Shown here in pieces: positions 54,601 through 64,000 of a stretch of DNA of 64,000 bases. How positions within the stretch are numbered: position 1 is the stretch's first letter; each line of letters opens with the position of its first letter. This DNA is from Balanoglossus misakiensis (Eukaryota > Animalia > Hemichordata): contig CM082578.2 of the NCBI GenBank assembly GCA_040954595.2, positions 12,276,520 to 12,340,519 on the forward strand. The letters run 5' to 3'. Below the pieces are notes generated by a model. The model was not told the DNA's origin. It saw only the letters and a list, made by a program, of their open reading frames with translations, and searched no databases. Made by a program: the position numbers and the translations under genes.

Positions 54601-57600
54601 CCAACATCATTAAAATTTTTATTGGCCTGACCCTGATTTTGGAGTCCAATCTGCCAGATTTGACCTTGTGACCCCTGTTGCTATGTCAGCATGTTGCTGA
54701 CGTATACCTATATTTTTGCTTATGTCATGTGAAAAAAGTCCTCCCACAGAGTGGTTGATGAGTTAACCTTATGCATCTGGTGAATTCCGCTTGGATCGCA
54801 CCATATGTCTTGGATTTGATTTATTTTTCAGTGCTGTGAATTTCAGAAGTGCCCAATGTTTACTATGTTCACTACAGTATATCAGTTAAAAGTGATATTT
54901 TCAAAATCTGTAACCCAGAACTGATAGGAACAGGGGTTCAAACAAAGCCACCTGCATCAACAAAACACTTTCATGACCCCTGAGTGAACCTACATCCTGT
55001 TGATTTTGTTGCTAGGAGAGATTTTCAGAATGACAAATTTTGCATTTCTGTAATTTCAGAGTAAAAGACATCAAGAGCCTTTACATTGACACCACATTTT
55101 GCCATCCGTCAGCCAGTTACTTGCCTTCAAGAGTAAGTTTGGACTTTTGTCATCAGTGATGTCAGATTAATTAGCATTTCATCCCAGTTTCCATCACCAA
55201 ATCTTTTATTCCTATCAAAACAATGTTTCCAATAAATGACAGCGCATATGTTACAACTTGAATATTTACCAATTCTGATCTAATGAGAACACAGCCTACA
55301 TCCTGTTAATTCTTTTTCTCTTTTCTTTTCTACAGGAAGAGTGTTTAGAACACATGATACCACTAGTGGATGGGTACGTTTCCATGTTAACAGAAAAGCT
55401 AAAAAATGAAATTGCACTGTTTAATTTTTTTTTCATGGCATTTTATGGAAGTCTTTTCACACCTGTGTGCCATTAGCTTGCTTGCATGGTTTGGAGATTT
55501 TGTCATCGTAATAATTACATATAAGGAACTTTATTGTATATTCCCTTTTTTCGGTTCATGTAGGTGGATATGCAAAAGCCCTAAACACATGGTCAGACTA
55601 GTTTGTAAAGCCTGGTATGGTTATGAATATCTATTTGTGGAACTCAGTAAACGGTTCAATACCAAGGTAAGGTATGAAGCTATTGGCCGAATGATTTTGT
55701 AGAGAATAGAAAACAAATTCTTTGAAAATATAATGTGGGCCCTGGTTGTACATGTATCATAAGTAGGTATTTATGGATTGTTTAAATCTACTGATACAAG
55801 TTTGTGGTCAGCTGGGCTATGTTGCTGTTAGTTGGGTTATAGTGATGCCAGCAATGCCTATATTCACACTGACACAAACAGGATGAGAACAGTGCCCTCA
55901 AAGGCAAGTCTTCCAAATGGCCATCTGTCCTTGTCTGTCTGTCTGTCTGTCTGTCATGTACATGTATTATGAAGCAGTAAACAAAACAAACAGTGAATTT
56001 TGCAGTACAAAACATGAAAGGAGGTTGCAGACGCATAAAGTTACTGATTTGGGTTTCCAAACTCTGGCAGGTACACCTTTCTGACAGGCACTACAACTAC
56101 TACAGCAAAGTGGAAAATGTCTCCAAGCATTTGACAACCTGTGGAAGAACAACACAGATACACGCATGCAGAAGAAAAGTAAGAGAAACACTCGGCCACA
56201 TAAGCTGTGATACTCTGTTAAGCATGGATTGGAGGAATAAACAAATTAAGTTGTGTTCTGTTGTGAAGGGCAGTATAGTATGTAACCGGTCACAAATGCA
56301 TTTTGTGTGAATTACTAGCACGCAGACATTTTGCTGATTCTACATTAATTTTTTTCCCATTTCGTGAATGTTAATTATAGGACTGTAAAATGGAAGACGC
56401 AGAAGATGTATTGAATATCCAGCCCTCCACAATGTGGTTTCTGTCGCCTGGTAACGCCACGCCCAGAGACGTTATCAAGTAAGTAGGGACTGTCCCGGTG
56501 TTTAGGTTAGCAAAGGAATTTAACAGAAATAGGCGTAATCAGATCTCCACGGCTCATTGACAGAGATAGAATTGGTTCACAAAGATATCAACCCCACAAA
56601 TGTATGATATCCTGTGGACAGCGGTGTATCCATTTGCTTTGGACAAGTGATGATGAAAGTGGATGTGTTTCCGTAGTAAAGTGTCAGCATCAGGCACACC
56701 AATTGGTCTCAGAGTGTGAAATTTGGTCAAAACCGCCATATAAAGTTGAGTGCCACCTTACACGACATCTGACTGCAGCCAGTCTAAGTTTTGGTTTCAG
56801 CATCACTGAATGACCTTCATAGTTGATCCGAACTTGTGGCGCTGACCTGCAATGAGATTTGAAAGGCCATGTGCACTCACATGATATGCCAGTTTCGCGA
56901 CTGGTTTGTATTACATGGGGTGGGATTTTGTTTGTTTCGTCCGGAGTTGGTCAAATAACACAGGATGTTGTCTATCACTAGTTCACTGCATGTGGCTACC
57001 ATATTCCACTGCACAATATCATTCACAAAATCATGGGGGTATTTTTAACTAGTATAAGTAGTAATAAATTTATATTCATTTACCTTTCAGTAAATATAAT
57101 TTATGTCTGAAATTTATTGTTTGTGATCAGAAGGCTCGCATTGCTCTACCCCAAAAGACATACAGGAAAAAACTTGCATTTAACTCAGCATGACTATAAT
57201 TCTGTTAAAATTTGCTCTCTACAGGACGGATAGCTACAAGTACAGACTCTGCTACTCCTTCCATTCATCGTTCAGTGAGGTTAGTTCTCCCATTCCTCTT
57301 AGCTTCACTGTGACAATGTTGCCGTCAGGGGTGGAGCCTTGGCTAGAGACTCAAACCAAAAGTCTGCTCAGGGAGGTGTCCATTGCAAAAGATTGGATGA
57401 GAATTTGGAAAAAATTTGGAATGTCAGCATCGTCGGCCCATGATGTAATTGGTTGGATTTTTTTTTCTGTACAGATTCGGGCTTTTGTGGACCATATCTG
57501 CCCTGTTAATGTATACCCTAATGTGATACCGGCGGATTCCTCTGAAGAAGTAATCAGGGACAGGTAAAGTCATTGCCTTTGTTGTCATTGTACAGTCAAT

Positions 57601-57886
57601 CAATTGGTCAATCAATCAATCAATCAATCAGTCAGTCAGTCAGTCATCTGTCCAGTCACCAAGCCTGATAATCAAGGTATCAGTCTTCTTGCCATGTTAA
57701 CGAAATTTTATTCATTTGTTTGTTCATCCGTTCATTCATTCATTCATTCATTCATTCAGTCATTCATTCATTCATTCAGATTGAAGGATCTTCTCCGTGG
57801 TGCAAGGAACACAGACAACATTCCCAAATACAGTAATCTTGGTAAACTGAAGAAAAGGAAAGCAATATGGAAGAAGACCAAACCAG
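51654..57886 (+). CDS. DCLRE1C: Artemis (SNM1C) metallo-beta-lactamase/beta-CASP nuclease; 13 exons seen, C-terminal exon not found in the window
   Basis: [36 protein letters not shown]|[19 protein letters not shown]|[23 protein letters not shown]|[33 protein letters not shown]|[21 protein letters not shown]; collinear with human Artemis residues ~1-385 as recalled. Confidence 0.95.
53192..53286 (+). repeat. Dispersed repeat, copy B (in an Artemis intron)
   Basis: Similar to 24009-24109. Confidence 0.8.
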
Positions 57887-59369
57887 GTAATCAAATAGTT
57901 TTTGCACTTGGGAAACATTGTCTCAACTTGCACTACACACATGTGGGGAAATAGTTTCATGAGGGCCAACTGTAATGCCGCCAAAACAAATTTGGAATTT
58001 TGAGACTCAAACTCTAATATGATATTCTATTCAAAGTTCCGCCAAACTGCCATGGTCAGATGACTTTCACAAACAAATGGAGTGATAACATTTGAGTTGG
58101 TTAATATAAAATGAGTTCTGGCAGGGTGCAAGTGATTACTAATAGACATGTGAGATGGGTGTTAGCCTTGACAAGGCTCCAGTTACACTACACAGAATTG
58201 AAAACAGCGTCATTTTCACGTTCCGTTTAATAGCGGGTTGATAGCCTAGTTTTGCCTTTTCTCGGTTCTGGTACACACGCAGAGCCAAGGAAAGACAGGC
58301 TAGATACAAGGCCGGAAGGTTAATCAATATACATAAGGCAATCTTTTGAAGACCTTATTTTCATGATTTTCTTGCATCGTCACCCAAGTCATTTTGTTGA
58401 GTCAGTGGTACGTTGTGTTGGCGTATGATGAAAACAAAAGTGAGTGGCACAATTCAAAGGTCCATATAAGTGTACCAGAAAAATTAGGTATACAATGTTC
58501 ACTTGATAAAAAATGTCCGAAGTGAAAGGGCTTGGTTCACAAGTAATCACATTATCTCTATCTACGACCTTGCTGTTTTGTATTGTGTTATGTTGTGAAT
58601 CAGCGTTTGCTATGCCTGTACACCCACCCACTCATTCCTTATCTCAACCCCATAACTGGTAGTGTTCTTCCCCTGATTTAGAGAATTGCCCCCAGGTGAC
58701 AGCGTACTTTTGGCTCAGGTCTTGCCCATTCCTGGGTTTCAATTACAAGCCGGGTGTGCATGTGTGATATAAAATGGACATTTATAAACAACGACGCTCT
58801 GTGGGCGTCATTGTTTGTGGCACATGTACAAGTTTGGAAAGGACTCAGAGTCAGGAGTCTCGGTATACGTATGAATAATTCATGAGGGAGATGAGAGGTG
58901 GGCACTGCTTTGTGTAGTTGTAATGACGCAGTGACCATATATGGGTACCCACTGCATATTCTCATGACTATTGAATGTGGTCATGGGGAAACCCCCCATA
59001 AATGGACAACTGTATGTTTAGTCTTAGGGGTGTCGAGCCGCATTGATAGTAGTTAAAAACAGGTTAAAACAAGAAGAAACTTAATTTGAGTAATTTTCCA
59101 TGGCAGCAGCATTATCTCTTCTGTTTTATTGATTTTTTCTGAAAGAGATTTGGTGAAGTGGCGCATTTTAAAGAGCTGTCCCTCCCTTCGCACATGAGTC
59201 ATTACCTGTGGAATAATGGCACAGTCCGAAAAGGGAGAGCTGTTATTAAAACTTCTTGAAAGTTGCTCCTTCACGCTTTCAGTCACAATTGAGTGAAAAG
59301 ACAAACATAGACACTGCTGTACAGAGTTGTCGGGCAAGTATAACCATCATAATCTGTTTATTCCAAGTC

Positions 59370-61277
59370 ATGCTCGGTTCGGCGATGAAGAAGACTGACG
59401 GCGTTCTTATCTCAGTGTTGGTTGCTGCAGTCTTACTGTTTTCCCCTCACACCGTGTCCGCAGAGGGTGACGGTACTTCGGCAGGGCTGCAGTGCAGCAG
59501 CGACGCCAGCATCAAACAGCAGGACTGCAGTTACCGCGACCTTGACGCCGTCCCCGCGGGCATACCCTCCGACACCAAGATCCTGATCCTCAAACGCAAC
59601 AGCCTGCAACTGCTCCCTCCCGGCGCTTTCTCGGCCCTGCCGAATCTCGAGGTTCTGTACCTGAACGAAAACAACATCGGGAACGTGTCGGAGAGTGCCT
59701 TCAGCGGCTTGCCCTCGCTGCAGGAGTTACACCTGTCGGGAAACCGAGAGCTGGTGAACCTACCAGCCGGGGTATTCCAGCCACTGAAGAATTTACAAGT
59801 GCTGAAGTTGGCCAACACCGGTCTCACCTCGCTCCCCGGCGGCATATTTGCAGGGCTGTCTCAGCTCAGAAATCTGTACATGCCCGACAGCGGCCTGCGC
59901 CAGTTACCTGCCGGCATCTTCTCCGACCTGGCGCAGCTGGAATCCTTGGATTTGTACGGCAACTCACTGACCGCGCTGCAGACGGGAAATTTTGCCGAAT
60001 TGTATCAGCTCTCCTATCTCTCCCTCGGTGCCAATCAGCTGACGAGTCTCTCCCAGGGAGTCTTCCAGGATTTAGGGAATCTTTACCAACTGGATCTGCT
60101 GGAGAACCAGATCTCTGTAGTCGAGGACGGGGCGTTCAGTGGCCTGCACAATCTTGAGAAGTTGAAGCTCGAACAGAATCTGTTGACCGAAATTCCCACT
60201 TCAGTGCGCCTGCTACTAAATCTGAAAACGTTATATTTGAGCGACAACTACATCAGTACCCTTGACGACGATTTATTCAGAGACATTTCCAGCATTCGCG
60301 CATTAACACTGGATGGGAACCGATTCACCAGTATTCCGGGTGGATTTAGCATCGAAGGCAACGATAATCACCAGACATTCCGGGAATTGGACTCTCTCAG
60401 CATGTCCAGGAATTCCATTTCCTCCATCGGCCGGTCTGCCTTCAGCCGACTGGGATCACTTACAGAGCTCAAGCTGCAGGAGATGGCCCTGAGGGAGGTG
60501 GACGTCGACGGCTTCCTGGGATTGCAGAATCTGAACGACCTTTGGCTGAACAACAACCGACTGGAGAGTCTCAGCAAACACCACGTGGCCTTTCTCCGGC
60601 AGCTGTGGACGGTCCGTCTCTACGGAAACCCCTGGGTGTGCGACTGCGAGCTGTTCGGATTTCTCGACTACGTCCAGACGTCCATGACCCTGACCTACGT
60701 GGAGGAAACCACGTCGCAGTGTTTGTTTCCGTTCGAACTGCGCGGCACTGCCCTGGTTGACCTGACCTCCACCGACGTGGACTGCAACAGTCCCACAGAT
60801 GCCGCGCCGTCGACCACCGCTGCGAGCATGGCAACCGTTCCGGTCGGCGTCCTGGGGAAAGAAACGAGCAACCAGGTAGTATTGGGCGTGTGTCTCACCA
60901 TCACCGTTTTATCATCCTTGACAACCGTGGTGGTTTTGATACTATGGCGACGGCAACAACGACAAAGCCAGGCCAGGCAACAGCAAGGGCGCTACATCCC
61001 TTACTCTGAAACCTCTGCCAATTACGTGGATCTTAACAGCTCTGTGACTTCCACCGAGCTCGGGCGGCAAGACTCGGGCGCGAGTTACCCCTATTCCAGG
61101 CCCTACGAGAATCTCCCCCAAGGTCAAACCAACGGGGTGTATGCCGACATCGATACGATGCGAGGGCACACATACCAGTCAGTGCGCAGTCCGGTACAAT
61201 TAGAGACATCAGACGGTTACTTAGTGCCCGTCAGTACAATCAACACACCCAACACCAGGAATGGTCCGGATTCCTGA
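59370..61277 (+). CDS. Single-coding-exon type I membrane LRR protein (signal, LRRNT, ~15 LRRs, LRRCT, TM, tyrosine-rich tail, no TIR)
   Basis: Uninterrupted ORF; ATG at 59370 or 59385; signal VLISVLVAAVLLFSPHTVSA; LxxLxLxxN repeats; GNPWVCDC; TM VVLGVCLTITVLSSLTTVVVLILW. Confidence 0.9.
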   Translation: MLGSAMKKTDGVLISVLVAAVLLFSPHTVSAEGDGTSAGLQCSSDASIKQQDCSYRDLDAVPAGIPSDTKILILKRNSLQLLPPGAFSALPNLEVLYLNENNIGNVSESAFSGLPSLQELHLSGNRELVNLPAGVFQPLKNLQVLKLANTGLTSLPGGIFAGLSQLRNLYMPDSGLRQLPAGIFSDLAQLESLDLYGNSLTALQTGNFAELYQLSYLSLGANQLTSLSQGVFQDLGNLYQLDLLENQISVVEDGAFSGLHNLEKLKLEQNLLTEIPTSVRLLLNLKTLYLSDNYISTLDDDLFRDISSIRALTLDGNRFTSIPGGFSIEGNDNHQTFRELDSLSMSRNSISSIGRSAFSRLGSLTELKLQEMALREVDVDGFLGLQNLNDLWLNNNRLESLSKHHVAFLRQLWTVRLYGNPWVCDCELFGFLDYVQTSMTLTYVEETTSQCLFPFELRGTALVDLTSTDVDCNSPTDAAPSTTAASMATVPVGVLGKETSNQVVLGVCLTITVLSSLTTVVVLILWRRQQRQSQARQQQGRYIPYSETSANYVDLNSSVTSTELGRQDSGASYPYSRPYENLPQGQTNGVYADIDTMRGHTYQSVRSPVQLETSDGYLVPVSTINTPNTRNGPDS

Positions 61278-62677
61278 AATCAACTGCAGACGGCCTCCAG
61301 AGACGGTTCAGTGCAATTGTAATTGATTTCAAAGGTGTTTAGAGTACCACTTGTGCTGGATGAGGTATTTTAATACTCTTGAATGAAAACCGGCCAGCGG
61401 GTGGCTGCACTATCAGTTTAAAGACACTTTTAAAATACTTTTTATGACTCTAAAACTTAATACAATGGTTAGCTTCATTGAGACATTTAGGCGGGTGTGT
61501 GCCCTATGCCAATTGACAAGAAGACCAGGTGACAGAAAGTCATCTTGATTTCCGTCATGGATGTTGAAATCTGAATAAACATTCAATTTCACACCCTTGA
61601 GCATTTCTGTCAGGACACCGCACAAGTGGTATCTCTACTCATTCCTGGCTTAAAACATTTTGAAAGATATTTTTTATTTCAGTTCATTTACAAATTTGTA
61701 TATTTATAAAGAAATAACACTTATTTGTTATATTGCCAGATTGACCATTGCATATATCTCTGTAGATTTTGACTTGAGTGTAACTCATTATGTATAGTGA
61801 GTACAACTGTAATGCGACAGCAAATTTCATAATACATATAATGTAACTAGAACTCAACTATTCACTATCAGCCCACAAACTAAAGCAAGCTTTCTTTAAA
61901 TCAGGCTCTTACGTTTTTCCATTCACAGATCAGTTTTCACTTTATATTACCATGTCACCATGATAATACAATGAACCTTGCCAAGTTGTTGTCAAACTTT
62001 GTTAAAAACCAGATGTCCCCCAGTTCCCCCTGCAGTGGGCCCGTTCTCTGGGATCGACATTACATCACTGTCTGAGAATTTTTTTTCTTCCAGTTTTCCT
62101 GTCTTTTCCAGGTGTAAACAATTTTCAGAAGCACTTCTCATCCAAATTAAATTTTATCCTACCCTGGGGACGGCTGGCTTTTTGACACCTACCGTGATGT
62201 ATGGCTGTGTGGCACATGGGGTTATGTACACGTCTGGTCTTTAGCATCTGAATTGATTATGCAGAGTTCATAAGTTCCTTGAAAGTCCAGGAATTTTGAA
62301 TGACAAATTTTGAAATCCATAAAGTTGAGTGACTTCCACCACTTCATTTAGCGTAAACAGATTTTTCCGGTTGGAAATTAAACTTTGCGATGCTGTTTGT
62401 ATGCACTCAGCCAATCTAAAATATTAAAAACAAATCAAACACTCAATGAAATAGTTCAATTATTACAACAACTAGTAACTGCTGTATAAATTCCTATAAA
62501 CTTTAGGTGAGTTTCAAATATTTTGTTCGGATTATAAAAATAAACATTATTATTTGGTACATAATAAAAATGTTTCATCCACGTTCATGTCTGAATTTCT
62601 GAGTCCCTAAGAGCTCTAGCTACAGTTGAGAATCAAACATCAAGTTGTAATCACGGGTGTTAATAAGTTAAGGGTGT

Positions 62678-64000
62678 TTATACACATTCACCATCATTCT
62701 CTAAGTTTGTTAACAGAGAATGGCGGTGATGGCTGGATCTCTTTTTGTACAGTCTGGTGAACATGACAGCGGCTATGATAAACATCAGGACCAGAGCAGC
62801 CGTCACTCCGAATACGACCGGAACAACCGTGTTGGTGTCTCCAACGGTGGCTTCTTGTGCCCCACTGGTACTTGGCGTAGTTTCAGAACACGTCAAATTT
62901 GCGCGCTCAACCTCTAGCAAATCGGCATTCAGGTACCGCGCCGGCTGGTAACACTGCAGGCCCCGGATGGACCTCTGCACCCGCTGGCTACTTCGCTGAA
63001 GCCAGGCTGTGAACTCGGAGAGCAGACAGTCGCAACTCAGCTGGTTCCTACGCAGGTCGATGGCGCCCGTTTTGTTGCCCGCGAAGAAGTCGGAGAACAC
63101 CATCCCCGGTAATTGTGTGATGCGGTTGCCGTAGAAGGAGAGCGAGGTCAGACTCGGCAGATGGTCGAAGGCCCCAGAGTGAACAGAGAGGATGCGATTT
63201 CTGGCCAAGCTGATGGTTGATAGCTCTGTCAGATTGGCGAAAGCGTCGGCTCCCAGGTGAGAGATGACGTTATCCGAGAGGTCGAGAACCTTCAGGTGAA
63301 GCAGCGGTGACAGTGCGGCTGTTGGCACCTGGTGTAGGGCGTTCTTCGACAGAGTGATTCGCTCTAATTCGGGCAGCGCAGAGAGTGACGCCGCGGTGAA
63401 GGTCAAGTCCGACCTGGTGGTGTTTTGAAGCTTCAGTACCCGCAGCTGGGGCAGGAGCTGCAACGCAGTGCTCGGAATGTACCGTAAGGGGTTGTGACAC
63501 AGGCACAGTTGGGTCAGAGAGTGGAGCCCCCTGAAGACCCCTGGCAAGAGGTGTGTGAGTCTGTTGCCCGACAGAGTCAGAATCCTCAGGGATTCTAATT
63601 GGGCGAACACACCCTCTCCGATGAATCTGATCTTGTTCTCATCCAGGAATAAATACTCCAGGGCCTGCAGACCATTCCACACGCCCGGCCGTGTGATTTC
63701 CCGGAATGCGTTCCCGACCAGCTTGAGTCTGACCAGGCGGGTCAGCCGGGAGAACGCGCCGGAAGGCAGGGAGTGCATCTGCTTGTTGTTGCAGACCTCC
63801 AGCCATTCAACAGTCTGCAACTGGTGGAACATGTCCGGTACAAGATTCCCGAAGTTGTCGTTGTTCAGGACCAGTCTCTCCAGAACGGGTAATCCGTACA
63901 GGACGTCAGCGTGGAACACAGAGACGGCGTTGTCGCTTAAATACAGATGGCGCAGACTCGTGAATCTCTCAAATGCCCTGGCTTCCACATTGCCGATGGT
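62678..64000 (-). CDS. Second LRR transmembrane protein, 5'-truncated by the window edge; short cytoplasmic tail
   Basis: ORF open to the window end; LRR repeats, NQLSCDC LRRCT, TM VVPVVFGVTAALVLMFIIAAVMF, tail ending ENDGECV*. Confidence 0.88.
   Translation of the reverse strand, partial: TIGNVEARAFERFTSLRHLYLSDNAVSVFHADVLYGLPVLERLVLNNDNFGNLVPDMFHQLQTVEWLEVCNNKQMHSLPSGAFSRLTRLVRLKLVGNAFREITRPGVWNGLQALEYLFLDENKIRFIGEGVFAQLESLRILTLSGNRLTHLLPGVFRGLHSLTQLCLCHNPLRYIPSTALQLLPQLRVLKLQNTTRSDLTFTAASLSALPELERITLSKNALHQVPTAALSPLLHLKVLDLSDNVISHLGADAFANLTELSTISLARNRILSVHSGAFDHLPSLTSLSFYGNRITQLPGMVFSDFFAGNKTGAIDLRRNQLSCDCLLSEFTAWLQRSSQRVQRSIRGLQCYQPARYLNADLLEVERANLTCSETTPSTSGAQEATVGDTNTVVPVVFGVTAALVLMFIIAAVMFTRLYKKRSSHHRHSLLTNLENDGECV

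Noticed and set aside
58242-58302. Imperfect hairpin tagcct...aggcta resembling a mini-MITE
   Set aside because: Arms are poorly matched and there is no TSD
51654-64000. Idea that Artemis plus LRR genes form a VLR- or V(D)J-like somatic diversification locus
   Set aside because: The LRR ORFs are uninterrupted; no cassette arrays, recombination signal sequences, RAG-like or deaminase genes are visible in this window

Overview
Eukaryotic, intron-rich DNA from an invertebrate deuterostome; hemichordate-like is my impression, not a result. In order: the 3' end of an unidentified + strand gene; a complete ~30-exon sulfonylurea-receptor-type ABCC transporter (- strand); four 10-exon M14A procarboxypeptidases (two +, two -) with two identical tRNA-Pro(AGG) genes among them; a MET/RON-family receptor tyrosine kinase (-); a divergently oriented Artemis/DCLRE1C ortholog (+) whose last recognisable exon ends at an open phase-1 donor; and two convergent LRR-transmembrane genes with uninterrupted ORFs, one carrying an ITAM-spaced tyrosine tail. 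Best leads: the LRR receptors may be nested in, or spliced in frame to, Artemis; a 25-bp intronic inverted repeat brackets an in-frame 252-nt exon pair of the MET-like gene; the carboxypeptidase S1' pockets have diversified; two paralogs share a near-identical 146-bp promoter/exon-1 tract; there are P-element-like excision footprints and a MITE with a 9-bp TSD. Exon boundaries were read by eye and may be off by a few bases. Comparisons to known proteins are from memory, not database searches.
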